Shown in pieces: positions 45,289 to 55,565 of a stretch of 64,000 nucleotides of DNA. This DNA is from Burkholderiaceae bacterium (GTDB lineage: Bacteria > Pseudomonadota > Gammaproteobacteria > Burkholderiales > Burkholderiaceae). Below the pieces are notes generated by a model. That model searched no databases. It was not told the DNA's origin and saw only the letters and a program-made list of their open reading frames with translations. Every line of letters begins with the position of its first letter. Within the stretch, counting starts at the first letter, position 1. Both the position numbers and the translations under genes were made by a program. The stretch is from the NCBI GenBank assembly GCA_037139315.1, contig JBAXGQ010000002.1, positions 425-64,424 of the forward strand. The letters run 5' to 3'.

Positions 45289-46044
45289 ATGTTAACTAAG
45301 CGCATCATTCCATGCTTAGATGTCACTGCAGGTCGAGTGGTGAAGGGAGTGAATTTTATTGGTTTACGTGACGCTGGCGATCCACTTGAAATTGCCCAGC
45401 GTTATAACGATCAAGGTGCCGATGAACTCACTTTTTTGGATATTACGGCTACTTCAGATGGGCGAGATTTATTGTTGCCAATTATTGAAGCTGTAGCAGG
45501 CAAGGTATTTATACCGCTCACCGTTGGCGGTGGCGTGCGCACAGTTCAAGACGTGCGCCGCTTGTTAAATGCAGGCGCCGATAAAGTCAGCATAAATTCA
45601 TCAGCGGTTAATCGCCCGCAATTAATTTCCGAAGCTGCCGCATATTACGGCTCGCAATGTATCGTGGTTGCCATTGACGCCAAACAAACCGGCCCTGGAT
45701 TCTGGGAAGTATTTACCCATGGTGGACGCACCGCAACTGGCATGGATGCAGTAGCTTGGGCCGCTGAAGTTAGCCAACGCGGCGCAGGTGAAATTTTGCT
45801 CACTAGCATGAACCGGGATGGTACCCAAGATGGCTTTGATCTTGAATTAACGGCGGCTGTGAGTAAGGCAGTGTCGATTCCCGTGATCGCTTCGGGTGGA
45901 GTTGGAAATTTACAGCACTTTGTTGATGGCATTACCAAAGGTCATGCTGATGCCGTGCTAGCTGCAAGTATTTTTCATTATGGCGATTACACGGTGAAAC
46001 AAGCCAAAGAATATTTGGCCAGTAAGGGCATTGCCGTAAGGTAA
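45289..46044 (+). CDS. hisF: Imidazole glycerol phosphate synthase, cyclase subunit
   Basis: 251 aa; KRIIPCLDV...[12 protein letters not shown]...GGGVR...ASGGVG. Confidence 0.97.
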   Translation: MLTKRIIPCLDVTAGRVVKGVNFIGLRDAGDPLEIAQRYNDQGADELTFLDITATSDGRDLLLPIIEAVAGKVFIPLTVGGGVRTVQDVRRLLNAGADKVSINSSAVNRPQLISEAAAYYGSQCIVVAIDAKQTGPGFWEVFTHGGRTATGMDAVAWAAEVSQRGAGEILLTSMNRDGTQDGFDLELTAAVSKAVSIPVIASGGVGNLQHFVDGITKGHADAVLAASIFHYGDYTVKQAKEYLASKGIAVR

Positions 46045-46070
46045 TGAGGAAATAAGTCAAAATAGCCTTT

Positions 46071-46466
46071 ATGACTGCATTTATACCCACACCGAATTTG
46101 CAAAGCGGCCCTTGGCTGGAGCAAATTCAATGGAATCAGCAAGGCCTGGTGCCCGTTATTGCGCAAGAAGTTGGCTCGGGCGATGTCTTAATGATGGCTT
46201 GGATGAATCGCGAGGCTTTATTAACTAGTCTGCGCTTGGGCCAGGCAGTGTATTGGTCACGCTCACGCAATCAGCTGTGGCACAAGGGCGCAGAATCTGG
46301 TCACACCCAAACCATAAAGGCTATTGGCCTTGATTGCGATGGCGACACCCTCTTATTACAGGTAATCCAAAAAGATCATATTGCTTGCCATACCGGGGCT
46401 CACAGTTGTTTTTTCCAAACCTGGGATGCCGCTAGCGCTAGCTGGCTGAACACCAGCATAAAATGA
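46071..46466 (+). CDS. hisI: Phosphoribosyl-AMP cyclohydrolase
   Basis: 131 aa; [25 protein letters not shown]...[13 protein letters not shown]...DCDGDTLL...ACHTG. Confidence 0.95.
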   Translation: MTAFIPTPNLQSGPWLEQIQWNQQGLVPVIAQEVGSGDVLMMAWMNREALLTSLRLGQAVYWSRSRNQLWHKGAESGHTQTIKAIGLDCDGDTLLLQVIQKDHIACHTGAHSCFFQTWDAASASWLNTSIK

Positions 46467-46470
46467 GCAA

Positions 46471-46872
46471 ATGACCCCAGCAAGTAAAAAAAATTCGCAC
46501 CCTGCAAATCCAGACGCTGTATTAGCCCATTTGGCTGACGTCGTTGAGCAGCGCCGTGCTGCTTTGCAAAACGGCACCGCAGACTCGAGTAATTCGTATA
46601 TTGCCGCCCTATTTACCAAGGGCGACGATGCCATTTTGAAAAAAATTGGCGAAGAGGCTACTGAAACCGTGATGGCAGCAAAAGATTCGCGGCAGGCCAA
46701 TTTGAGCCCCGCAAAGCAAGCACTGTTGGTTGGAGAAATGGCTGATTTATGGTTCCATTGCATAGTCGCGCTAGCGCAATTTAATCTCCGGCCCGAGGAC
46801 GTATTGGCTGAGCTTACCCGACGCGAAGGGATTTCAGGTATAGCTGAAAAAGCGGGTCGAAAAGCCATATGA
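46471..46872 (+). CDS. hisE: Phosphoribosyl-ATP pyrophosphatase
   Basis: 133 aa; [24 protein letters not shown]...EMADLWFH. Confidence 0.93.
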   Translation: MTPASKKNSHPANPDAVLAHLADVVEQRRAALQNGTADSSNSYIAALFTKGDDAILKKIGEEATETVMAAKDSRQANLSPAKQALLVGEMADLWFHCIVALAQFNLRPEDVLAELTRREGISGIAEKAGRKAI

Positions 46873-47234
46873 GCGTTTTAAGTCATGATCCCGATTGTTT
46901 ATTTTGCAAAATTATTGCCGGGATAATTCCGGCACGGAAAATCTATGAGGACGAGGAAATTCTCGCTTTTCACGATATTAAGCCAGCAGCTCCGGTTCAT
47001 TTTCTGATGATTCCTAAAAAGCATTTACCGATGCTAGCCTCGGTAACAAACATTGACGCGCCATTGCTGGGTAGAATGATGGCATTAGCCCCCCGTCTTG
47101 CTCAAGAACAAGGCTGTCGACCGGGTCAAGATGGCGGCTTTCGTTTAATGGTCAATAATGGCGCAGATGGCGGGCAAGAAGTCTATCACCTCCATTTGCA
47201 TGTCATGGGCGGTGAGCGGCCTTGGAAAAAGTAA
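46869..47234 (+). CDS. HIT-family (histidine triad) nucleotide hydrolase
   Basis: 121 aa; CLFCKII and the HIT motif HLHLHVMGG. It overlaps hisE by 4 bp. Confidence 0.92.
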   Translation: MSVLSHDPDCLFCKIIAGIIPARKIYEDEEILAFHDIKPAAPVHFLMIPKKHLPMLASVTNIDAPLLGRMMALAPRLAQEQGCRPGQDGGFRLMVNNGADGGQEVYHLHLHVMGGERPWKK

Positions 47235-47263
47235 GCAAGCTGATTTGATTTAAGGAGAAAGAA

Positions 47264-47491
47264 ATGGGTTCATTTAGCATTTGGCACTGGTTAATTGTGT
47301 TGGTTATTGTGATGCTGGTGTTTGGCACCAAAAAATTACGTAATATTGGTACAGATTTAGGTGGCGCAGTGAAAGGCTTTAAAGATGGCATGAAAACTAG
47401 CGAAGAAGCTAAAACCGAACAAATTCCCCAGCAGACCGCCAATGCCACAGAAAAAACGGTTGACGTGCAAGCTAAAGATTTGAATAAATAG
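47264..47491 (+). CDS. tatA: Twin-arginine translocase subunit TatA
   Basis: 75 aa; [29 protein letters not shown] is the TatA/E signature. Confidence 0.95.
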   Translation: MGSFSIWHWLIVLVIVMLVFGTKKLRNIGTDLGGAVKGFKDGMKTSEEAKTEQIPQQTANATEKTVDVQAKDLNK

Positions 47492-47510
47492 TTTTCATGA
47501 TCGACTCTAA

Positions 47511-48005
47511 ATGATTGATTTAGGCGTTTCAAAGCTCGCCTTAATTGCGGTGGTGGCGTTGGTAGTAGTTGGCCCTGAACGTTTGCCTAAAGTGGCGCGG
47601 ATGGCGGGTAATTTGTTTGGGCGCGCACAACGCTACATGGCCGAAGTGCGCAGTGAAGTTAATCGGCAAATCGAATTAGATGAATTTAAAAAATTGCGTG
47701 AAGAAAGTACTGCGGCAATTAAAGATGTGGAAAGTAGTTTGAACTCTACTTTTACTGAAGCAGGTACTCATTTGAGTGATCAAGCCGATAGCTACGACTA
47801 TTCCACTAGTAATAATAGTTATCCAGTTGACTTACAAATAGATGAAAACAAAGTATTTCGTGATAGCTTGCGTCAAGGCCGTTCAAGTTGGCGAGTCCGC
47901 CAAGCAGCGCGACCGCTTTGGTACAAACATGCTTCGGGAGTGCGACTGCGAGTGCAGTCAGGCGCAGCACGGATGAAGCGCTTTCGTCATACCGCCTCGC
48001 AATAA
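47511..48005 (+). CDS. tatB: Twin-arginine translocase subunit TatB
   Basis: 164 aa; MIDLGVSKLALIAVVALVVVGPERLP is the TatB signature. Confidence 0.93.
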   Translation: MIDLGVSKLALIAVVALVVVGPERLPKVARMAGNLFGRAQRYMAEVRSEVNRQIELDEFKKLREESTAAIKDVESSLNSTFTEAGTHLSDQADSYDYSTSNNSYPVDLQIDENKVFRDSLRQGRSSWRVRQAARPLWYKHASGVRLRVQSGAARMKRFRHTASQ

Positions 48006-48020
48006 TGTTGAGGCTAAGTT

Positions 48021-48860
48021 ATGACTGATCCAGGTACGCAGGACAACACCCAGCAAGCGAATACGAATTCAGATAATGCTTCTCCAGCCAGTGAGGGCTT
48101 GCAAGAAACGTTTATTTCCCATTTAGTGGAGTTGCGGGATCGCATTATTAAAGCAGCGCTTGCGATCATCATTATTTTTATGGGTTTGGTGTATTGGGCG
48201 CCGGAAATTTTTCACTTGTTTGCCCAACCCTTATTAACCGCTTTACCCAGCGGCGGAAAAATGATTGTGACCGATATTACCGGTTCCTTTTTTGTACCCA
48301 TGAAAGTTACGATGCTCGTTGCATTTGTCATTGCCCTGCCAGTAGTGATGTATCAACTATGGGCGTTTATTGCCCCTGGGCTTTATACACACGAACGCCG
48401 TTTAATCGTGCCCTTGGTGGTCAGTAGTTATTCATTATTTATTATTGGCATGTCGTTTGCTTACTTTTTGGTCTTCCCCACCGTCTTTAAATTCATGGCG
48501 CACTATAACGCTCCCCTTGGCGCTGAGATGCTGACCGACATCGATAACTATTTAAGTTTCGCGATGACGACTTTCTTAGCCTTTGGCATTACTTTTGAAG
48601 TTCCTGTGGTCGTCGTTGTTTTAGTACGGATGGGTGTTGTTCCCTTAGCTAAGCTACGAGAAATCCGCCCTTACGTGATTGTCGGTGCATTTGTGATCGC
48701 TGCAGTTGTCACACCACCCGATATTTTGTCGCAATTGTTATTAGCAGTGCCTATGTCACTGCTTTATGAGCTCGGATTATTTATCGCGCGTTTTTATGAA
48801 AAAAAACCGACTGCGGTGACTGATGATGAGGTCGTTGGCGGCGCCCCAACGAATTCTTAA
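48021..48860 (+). CDS. tatC: Twin-arginine translocase subunit TatC
   Basis: 279 aa with six TM segments; HLVELRDRIIK...YQLWAFIAPGLY...TPPD. Confidence 0.96.
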   Translation: MTDPGTQDNTQQANTNSDNASPASEGLQETFISHLVELRDRIIKAALAIIIIFMGLVYWAPEIFHLFAQPLLTALPSGGKMIVTDITGSFFVPMKVTMLVAFVIALPVVMYQLWAFIAPGLYTHERRLIVPLVVSSYSLFIIGMSFAYFLVFPTVFKFMAHYNAPLGAEMLTDIDNYLSFAMTTFLAFGITFEVPVVVVVLVRMGVVPLAKLREIRPYVIVGAFVIAAVVTPPDILSQLLLAVPMSLLYELGLFIARFYEKKPTAVTDDEVVGGAPTNS

Positions 48861-48872
48861 CGTTGTGATAAT

Positions 48873-50393
48873 TTAAATTTGTTGCTGGAGACCCTGACTT
48901 TTAATAGGCGACTTCTTGCCGGTAAGTTGAGGCGCAAAATTTTGCGTCAGCCATTGACTTAAGCGTTCGAAGCGATAACGCCGTTGGCGTAAATTTCCTT
49001 CTCCAGGGGCTAAAAACTCAGCATCGTTGGGCTCGCGAATGGTGGCTAATTGTTCTACTGCTTTGCTGGCAGCAAAAAGGCAACGGCGCTGTTGTGTGGT
49101 TTCAATTTGGGTTAAGCGGGGCAAAATTTTTGGCAATTCCCAGCGCACATCAACCACCACACAATGTTCAAGCTGGAGCTGATCAATTTCTGCCAGCAGC
49201 AATTCCGTTTTACTAAAGTTAAATTGGTTGGCAATCACAATGCGGTGACACATGAGCATCCAGCCCCCATTCAACTGATGATCACTATGTCGCGCTAAGG
49301 CAAGCTCCGCACATTGGGCTAATGTATACCAAGCATTTTGGGCTGGATTGGGACAGCTCAGTAAAATTTTCATCAATAGCGCGTGTGCCTCGGCAATACC
49401 TTGTTGATGTGCTTGCCATGCCCAATAAGAGGCTTGTAAGCCAGTTATTTTTTCCTCCAGCTTATCGCGTTTACGCCATAAGTTTGCTGCTTTGCGAAAT
49501 TGGGCTTCTGCGTGCCCTAAGTCAGCTGCGCGATCAAAACAGCGATCACTTTCTTGGGCGCTATATCCCGAAAATTGCGGCCGCCGATAAATTTCACCAA
49601 GCGCGTACCAAGCATGGGGATCTCCGTCTTTGCCGGCCAACTCCAGCCAATGGACCGCTTTTTTCAGGGGCGCATTCGACTTACTCGAACCATTCTTTTT
49701 TTCAGTATGCGTTTTGGGCTGGGCTAGACGTAAACCTAGAGTTAGCTTCGCTGTGGTTAGTCCTAACTCAGCCGCTTGTTGCAGCGCCGACTCATCTTGA
49801 CTCGATAGCCAGTTATTCCAAAGTGAAGTGAGCAATTCATTTTTAGGTTGCAATTGAATTAACAGGTCTTTTGCCTTGTTGGCCAAAAAACTTTCCTCAG
49901 CGGCAATGACTTCTAAATAGCGTTTGCATTGTGTTTGTAGTTTTGCGAAGCTCTCATCATCACAAAGGAGCTGTTTATTTAACCAAGTAGCCAATTGTTC
50001 TTGTAGGTCAAGTTGCTTGGGGTTTAACAATAAATTTGCTAATTGCCAGCGGGCCTCACTATTTCCCTCATCTGCCAGCTCCCAAAACCGATCCCAGGCA
50101 AAATGAAATGATGGCGAGCCAAAAGTTGCGGCAAGCGGAATTTGTACTAATTGGGTAAAAAGTTCGCTTAGGGGGTTACTCGGGGGGTTATTCGGCGCAT
50201 GACCTTGCAAGTCACCTGCACCGTTTTTACTCAGAGTAGCTAAATAGGCCTTTTCAAGCCAAACTAAGGCATTATTGGGTTGAATTGGGGTGTTAAAATG
50301 ACCCTGTAGATAAATGGTAGCTAATTCTTGTTGCGCAAAAACATCACCCTGACGGGCAGAACGCAGGATTTTCAGGAATTCGCGACTTGCCAT
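48873..50393 (-). CDS. Sel1-like repeat (SLR/TPR-type) protein of unknown function
   Basis: About 506 aa from ATG 50393 (MASREFLK...). The ORF is open up to 50471. It has several SLR-type units (GDVFAQQELATIYLQG, GNSEARWQLANLLL, GDPHAWYALGEIY...DLGHAEAQF) plus a non-repeat C-terminal region of about 170 aa. No signal peptide is evident. Confidence 0.65.
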   Translation of the reverse strand: MASREFLKILRSARQGDVFAQQELATIYLQGHFNTPIQPNNALVWLEKAYLATLSKNGAGDLQGHAPNNPPSNPLSELFTQLVQIPLAATFGSPSFHFAWDRFWELADEGNSEARWQLANLLLNPKQLDLQEQLATWLNKQLLCDDESFAKLQTQCKRYLEVIAAEESFLANKAKDLLIQLQPKNELLTSLWNNWLSSQDESALQQAAELGLTTAKLTLGLRLAQPKTHTEKKNGSSKSNAPLKKAVHWLELAGKDGDPHAWYALGEIYRRPQFSGYSAQESDRCFDRAADLGHAEAQFRKAANLWRKRDKLEEKITGLQASYWAWQAHQQGIAEAHALLMKILLSCPNPAQNAWYTLAQCAELALARHSDHQLNGGWMLMCHRIVIANQFNFSKTELLLAEIDQLQLEHCVVVDVRWELPKILPRLTQIETTQQRRCLFAASKAVEQLATIREPNDAEFLAPGEGNLRQRRYRFERLSQWLTQNFAPQLTGKKSPIKSQGLQQQI

Positions 50394-50599
50394 CTGACAA
50401 TTTTGGCATCTAAATGGTCTGAATACCCTAAAAACAGGGCCATGTTGTCGAGATACAACAAAGAAAACCAAAAAACTCCCTTTTCACAAGCAAAAAGCGG
50501 GGGTATCTGCCCTCAAGCTAAGTCGGTAGAGGCAAAAGGCTGATACTTCATGAGTCCCGAATTTTTATGGGCGCATTCTTACTTTATGGAGATTTACGA

Positions 50600-51832
50600 A
50601 TGAAAAAATCGCTATTTGCACTTGCCGCTCTCGGCGCTTTTGCTGGTGCTGCTTCTGCCCAGTCAAGCGTGACCGTGTACGGTGTAGTTGACGTTGGTTA
50701 CCTGAATCAAAAGGCTACTGGCGCAGCTTCAAACGCTGCTGGTACTGTTTCACCATCAGGCCAACAAAACAGCTCACTGTTTGGTAACTCGATGGAACAG
50801 ACCAGCCGTTTAGGCTTTAAAGGTACTGAAGATTTAGGCGGCGGAATGATTGCCTTCTTCACTTTAGAGACCGATATGCAACCAAGCAACACGACAATGT
50901 CAACATGGCAGACTCGTCAAGGCTTCGGTGGTGTTGGTAAAGCAGGCGTAGGTCAGTTTGCTTTTGGTACGCAATACACCCCAATGTTTAACCAAATTGC
51001 CGCAACTGACGTTGGTAATACCAACAACATGCCTGGTTCAGCTGTTTACCCAACTACAAACACTGGTAACAGTGCTAAAGCTACTGGCTACGCTGACGCT
51101 TCTGGTGTTGGTGGTCAATCTGCTGGTGTAACAGTTCGTACGCAATCCACTTTGTCAGCTCAAACAGCAACGTTTGCTGGTTTCAAGGTTGCTGCTAACT
51201 ACACATTAAGAAATGACACAGCAACTGTCAATAACACTAAACTGACTTCTGTTCCGGTTACGAACAACTACTCTGGTTGGGGTTTGTCTGCTGATTACAC
51301 ATGGCAAAAGCTGTATGTTGGTGTAGCTTATCAAGCATACAAATCAAACAACGAAGGTCAAGGCGGATCTACAACCACAGCACTTAGCACACCATCAACC
51401 GTGGCTACTCCTGCTCCAGCAGCTTGGACTAGTGCAGCTGGTGGTACAAACACCCAAGACAACCAATACTACGGTGCTGCTACGTATGACTTTGGTATCT
51501 TGAAAGGCTACTTGCAATACGGTAATCGTAAGGTTAGTGACGTTGTTGATACCAGCTACTACGCTAAGCGTACTTCGCAACAGATTGGTGTACGTAGCTT
51601 TATGACCCCAACCATTGAAGGTTGGGCGCTCATTGGTAATGGTCGTGTCCAATCCTACGGCCGTGGTGGCCCAAGTGCTGGCTTTACCGCTTACCAAGTT
51701 GGTTTGAACTATTACCTCAGCAAGCGTACAAACTTGTATGCAATCTATGGCTCAAACAATGAATCAGCTAGTTCAGTTCAGGTTTCGACCCGACTCACAG
51801 GCTTTGCACTTGGTACTCGTGTAACGTTCTAA
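50600..51832 (+). CDS. Outer-membrane general porin (Burkholderiales OmpC/Porin_4 type)
   Basis: MKKSLFALAALGAFAGAASAQSSVTVYGVVDVGY is the signal peptide plus the first beta-strand typical of these porins. The C-terminus ends in aromatic F (...GTRVTF). ATG 50600 was chosen over the ORF-track start at 50567. Confidence 0.9.
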   Translation: MKKSLFALAALGAFAGAASAQSSVTVYGVVDVGYLNQKATGAASNAAGTVSPSGQQNSSLFGNSMEQTSRLGFKGTEDLGGGMIAFFTLETDMQPSNTTMSTWQTRQGFGGVGKAGVGQFAFGTQYTPMFNQIAATDVGNTNNMPGSAVYPTTNTGNSAKATGYADASGVGGQSAGVTVRTQSTLSAQTATFAGFKVAANYTLRNDTATVNNTKLTSVPVTNNYSGWGLSADYTWQKLYVGVAYQAYKSNNEGQGGSTTTALSTPSTVATPAPAAWTSAAGGTNTQDNQYYGAATYDFGILKGYLQYGNRKVSDVVDTSYYAKRTSQQIGVRSFMTPTIEGWALIGNGRVQSYGRGGPSAGFTAYQVGLNYYLSKRTNLYAIYGSNNESASSVQVSTRLTGFALGTRVTF

Positions 51833-51890
51833 TCATTGCTAGTTCAGTTGTTAAAACACTAGTAATACGTTAGTTCGGCAATAAAACAAA

Positions 51891-51918
51891 CCCACTGTGG
51901 CAACACAGTGGGTTTTTT
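51891..51918 (+). terminator. Rho-independent terminator after the porin gene
   Basis: CCCACTGTG-GCAA-CACAGTGGG (9-bp stem, GNRA loop) followed by T6. An A-rich tract precedes it, so it may act in both directions. Confidence 0.85.
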
Positions 51919-52297
51919 CTTGGCTACGATTTATTAAGTTCAGCTCGTTGCAGATTTATATACGCTCTTGATTAAGACACTTCATTGCCTTTGCATGCGC
52001 TATAGGAAATTAATTAGGCAGCCGCAAATAGCGAATGTGGGCGCAGTTGAAGCGGGTATGAGCGCAATTACAGAAGCTGGTTAGAGGCAAGTTGAGGAAA
52101 GTAGCGTGGCAAATTCATAGGTCGGCGTGAGCTAAACATGGAACCTAAGAGGTAAAGCAGGGGCGAGGGTATTCCCGAGGATAGGCCTAATTGGCCGTTA
52201 AGGGCTAGATAAAACCCCTAAAGTCTGCTAAAAATAGAGGTTCTGAAATTTGCAATTGAAATCCACCACCTATTAACCTTACAAGATAAGACCCGTC

Positions 52298-53233
52298 ATG
52301 AAAAAACCTTCACGCTTTATCCAAAACGCGCTTTCCGCTGCGCTAATTTCCGCTTGCGCTGTCAGTGGCATGTTGGCTACTTCGGTAGCCATGGCAGCAG
52401 GCACTTTAGACAAAATTAAATCGACTAGCTCTGCCACGATGGGCGTAAGAGAATCGTCTGGTGCACTGTCCTACACCATTGGTGACGGTAGATTTGCTGG
52501 TTATCACGTTGAAATTTGTCAACGGGTTTTAACGGAAATTAAAAACCAATTAGGGATTAAGGTTTTAGAAATTAAATATTTACCAGTAACTTCTCAAAAT
52601 CGTATTCCCTTAGTGCAAAACGGCACAGTTGATATTGAGTGTGGCTCAACCACCAACAATACTGCCCGTCAAAAAGACGTCGCTTTTGCGGTAACAACGT
52701 ATGTTGAGGAAATTCGGATTGCGGTTAAAGCGAATTCAGGAATTACGTCTTTGAATCAACTCAATGGTAAGAAAGTTGCTACCACCACGGGAACAACTTC
52801 GGTACAGTTACTCCGTAAGCACGAAAAAGCGACAGGGGTTAATTTTGATGAAGTCTTTGGTAAGGATCACGCCGATAGTTTCTTATTACTCGAGTCGGGT
52901 CGTGCCGATGCATTTGTAATGGATGGCTCAATTCTCGCTGGAAATATTGCTAATGCAAAAAATCCGAAAGATTTCAAAATTGTGGGCGAAGTGATTGCGG
53001 TTGAGCCAATCGCAATCATGATGCGCAAAGATGATCCCGATTTTAAGAAAGCCGTTGACGATAGCCTCAAACGGATGATGGCCGATGGTTCGTTAACCAG
53101 ACTTTGGGATAAATGGTTCTTGCAGCCCATTCCACCTAAAAACGCCATGGTCGGATTAGCTTTATCTGAAAGCACCAAACAGGCTTGGGCTAATCCCAAC
53201 GACAAACCTGCTGAAGCCTATCAAAAGAAATAA
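52298..53233 (+). CDS. gltI: Glutamate/aspartate ABC transporter periplasmic binding protein
   Basis: 311 aa with a signal peptide. VTSQNRIPLVQNGTVDIECGSTTNN and WFLQPIPPKN closely mirror E. coli GltI. Confidence 0.88.
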   Translation: MKKPSRFIQNALSAALISACAVSGMLATSVAMAAGTLDKIKSTSSATMGVRESSGALSYTIGDGRFAGYHVEICQRVLTEIKNQLGIKVLEIKYLPVTSQNRIPLVQNGTVDIECGSTTNNTARQKDVAFAVTTYVEEIRIAVKANSGITSLNQLNGKKVATTTGTTSVQLLRKHEKATGVNFDEVFGKDHADSFLLLESGRADAFVMDGSILAGNIANAKNPKDFKIVGEVIAVEPIAIMMRKDDPDFKKAVDDSLKRMMADGSLTRLWDKWFLQPIPPKNAMVGLALSESTKQAWANPNDKPAEAYQKK

Positions 53234-53266
53234 GCTTTTTCTCTTTGAAGATTTGGTAGTGTAAAA

Positions 53267-54049
53267 GTGGCAATGGATTGGGGCGTCTTTTGTAAAGACA
53301 CAATCACGGGAGAGGCATCTGCAAACTGCCTCTCTTCCCTTTTTCAAATTGGTACAAATACAGATCCAACGTATCTAGACTGGCTACTTAAAGCCTGGGG
53401 CTGGACCTTATTAGTAGCAGTGCTCAGCCTATTTATTGCGCTGGTGTTGGGCACCATCATGGGCACCCTCAGAACGATTCCTACCAATGTGAAGGGTAGT
53501 AGATGGTTGGTGGGTTTTGCGACCGTATGGGTTGAGGTATTTCGCAATATCCCGGTCTTAGTTCAAGTTTTTGTTTGGTATCACGTAGTACCCAATATTT
53601 TCCCCGTCATGAAGGGCTTGCCAGCCTATTGGCTCGTCTGTTTCGCGCTGGGATTTTATAGTTCAGCACGGATGGCAGAGCAAGTGCGCGCAGGTATTCA
53701 GTCATTATCTTCAGGTCAGCGTATGGCTGCCTTGGCTTTAGGTTTAAGTACTTACCAAAGTTATCGTTATGTGATTTTGCCAACCGCCTTTCGTATCATC
53801 ATCCCACCACTTACCTCAGAGTGTATGAATTTAATTAAAAATACTTCTGTAGCATTTGCGGTATCGGTACCTGAGCTCACCTTGTTTGCGATGCAGGCGC
53901 AAGAAGAAACTTCCCGTGGTGTTGAAATTTATTTGGCGGTGACTTTGCTATATGCCTTTTCAGCTTTTGGTGTTAATCGGGTGATGACCTTGATTGAAAA
54001 ACGCGTTGCAATTCCGGGCACTCGTAGTAATTTGCTCACGAGCCATTAA
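53267..54049 (+). CDS. gltJ: Glutamate/aspartate ABC transporter permease
   Basis: 260 aa, polar amino-acid permease family (FRNIPVLVQVF, EAA-loop region SGQRMAALALGLS). The GTG start at 53267 is uncertain. Confidence 0.85.
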   Translation: MAMDWGVFCKDTITGEASANCLSSLFQIGTNTDPTYLDWLLKAWGWTLLVAVLSLFIALVLGTIMGTLRTIPTNVKGSRWLVGFATVWVEVFRNIPVLVQVFVWYHVVPNIFPVMKGLPAYWLVCFALGFYSSARMAEQVRAGIQSLSSGQRMAALALGLSTYQSYRYVILPTAFRIIIPPLTSECMNLIKNTSVAFAVSVPELTLFAMQAQEETSRGVEIYLAVTLLYAFSAFGVNRVMTLIEKRVAIPGTRSNLLTSH

Positions 54050-54076
54050 AGATATCAATAAAAATATGCGTGCACC

Positions 54077-54745
54077 ATGCTTAATTTAGACCTCAGTATC
54101 TACAATTGGGAGCTGTTTACTAGCTATATTTTGAAGGGCCTACTTTTTAGCGTGCAACTCACCATCGTTGCAACGATTGGCGGAATTTTATTTGGTACGG
54201 TATTAGCCTTAATGCGCTTAAGTGGTAAGCCCGTTTTAGTTTATGTAGCAACAATTTATGTCAACACTATGCGCTCTATTCCACTAGTGATGGTGATCTT
54301 GTGGTTTTATCTCTTGATTCCAATTTTAATTGGTACGCCTATTGGCGCTGATTTATCGGCGACCATTACCTTTATTGCTTTTGAGGCAGCGTTCTTTTGC
54401 GAGATTGTACGAGCCGGCATTAAATCGGTTGGCACAGGTCAAACCTTTGCTGCAGAGGCTTTGGGGATGAACTATTCACAAACTATGAGCCTCATCGTGT
54501 TGCCACAAGCGTTTCGAAATATGATTCCTATTTTTATGACGCAAACGATTGTGCTCTTTCAAGATACCTCACTGGTGTATGCCATTGGGGCCTATGATTT
54601 ATTAAAAGGCTTTGATATTGTCGGCAAAAATTTTGGTCGCCCAATTGAGGCTTATTTATTGGCTGCAGTAACGTATTTCTTGATTTGTTTTTCACTGTCT
54701 AAGTTTGCACGCTGGGTTCAAAGTAAGGTCGCTATTATTAAATAA
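54077..54745 (+). CDS. gltK: Glutamate/aspartate ABC transporter permease
   Basis: 222 aa, the second HisM/GltK-type permease (MRSIPLVMVILWFY, GQTFAAEALGMN). Confidence 0.85.
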   Translation: MLNLDLSIYNWELFTSYILKGLLFSVQLTIVATIGGILFGTVLALMRLSGKPVLVYVATIYVNTMRSIPLVMVILWFYLLIPILIGTPIGADLSATITFIAFEAAFFCEIVRAGIKSVGTGQTFAAEALGMNYSQTMSLIVLPQAFRNMIPIFMTQTIVLFQDTSLVYAIGAYDLLKGFDIVGKNFGRPIEAYLLAAVTYFLICFSLSKFARWVQSKVAIIK

Positions 54746-54798
54746 ATTAGCAAAAGTGAAGCCAGTAATATTAACCAATAGAAATAGAGAAGCTTTTA

Positions 54799-55533
54799 AT
54801 GATTGATTTTAAAAATGTTTCAAAGTGGTACGGCAATTTTCAAGTCTTAACCGATTGCACTACTTCAATTCAAAAGGGTGAAGTAGTGGTAATCTGCGGG
54901 CCATCAGGCTCGGGAAAGTCGACTTTAATTAAAACCATTAATGCACTTGAGCCATTTCAAGCTGGCGAAATCACGGTGAATGGTATTTCATTGCATGATC
55001 CGAAAGCCAACCTGCCGCAACTTCGCTCCAAGGTGGGTATGGTATTTCAGAATTTTGAATTATTTCCCCATTTAAATGTGACTGAAAACTTAACTTTGGC
55101 GCAAATGAAAGTCTTAGGCCGTTCTGCCACCGAAGCCAAAGCGCATGGCTTGAAATATCTTGAGCGCGTTGGCCTAATGGAGCAAAAAGACAAGTTTCCA
55201 GGACAACTTTCGGGTGGGCAGCAGCAGCGCGTAGCCATTGCCCGCGCCTTAACGATGGATCCCATTGTGATGTTATTCGATGAGCCTACTTCCGCTCTAG
55301 ACCCCGAGATGGTCGGTGAAGTCTTAGATGTTATGGTTAAGCTTGCGCAAGACGGCATGACCATGTGCTGTGTCACCCATGAAATGGGCTTTGCGCGCAA
55401 AGTAAGTCATCGGGTAATTTTTATGGATCAAGGGCGCATTGTCGAAGATTGTTCGCGTGACGATTTCTTCAACCGACCTGAAGAGCGTTCGCAAAGAGCC
55501 AAAGACTTTTTATCAAAAATTTTGGCGCACTAA
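54799..55533 (+). CDS. gltL: Glutamate/aspartate ABC transporter ATP-binding protein
   Basis: 244 aa; Walker [10 protein letters not shown], signature [15 protein letters not shown], Walker [12 protein letters not shown]. Confidence 0.9.
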   Translation: MIDFKNVSKWYGNFQVLTDCTTSIQKGEVVVICGPSGSGKSTLIKTINALEPFQAGEITVNGISLHDPKANLPQLRSKVGMVFQNFELFPHLNVTENLTLAQMKVLGRSATEAKAHGLKYLERVGLMEQKDKFPGQLSGGQQQRVAIARALTMDPIVMLFDEPTSALDPEMVGEVLDVMVKLAQDGMTMCCVTHEMGFARKVSHRVIFMDQGRIVEDCSRDDFFNRPEERSQRAKDFLSKILAH

Positions 55534-55565
55534 AAAACTAGTACCTTTTTAGGGCGTTAACAACC

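Noticed and set aside
46356-46868. 170-aa minus-strand ORF. Similar long antisense ORFs occur at 39420-39887, 49322-49831, 1725-2132, 6615-7004, 3598-3954, 31600-31959, 55047-55400 and 52867-53205.
   Set aside because: Each lies entirely inside a confidently identified, motif-bearing gene on the opposite strand (hisE, murA, the Sel1 gene, rplB, rpsH/rplF, rplP, gltD, gltL, gltI). Their translations are low-complexity or Arg/Ser/Cys-rich, as shadow ORFs typically are.
52094-52102. GAGGAAAGT, identical to the start of the RNase P RNA P4 motif, inside the long porin-gltI spacer.
   Set aside because: The required continuation (GTCCGGGC...) and the other conserved RNase P regions are absent. I also could not match the tract to tmRNA, 6S or SRP RNA signatures.
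52238-52254. Sigma54-like element AGGTTCTGAAATTTGCA upstream of gltI.
   Set aside because: The GG-to-GC spacing is one nucleotide longer than the strict -24/-12 geometry, and the -24 box (TGGCAC) is poorly matched.
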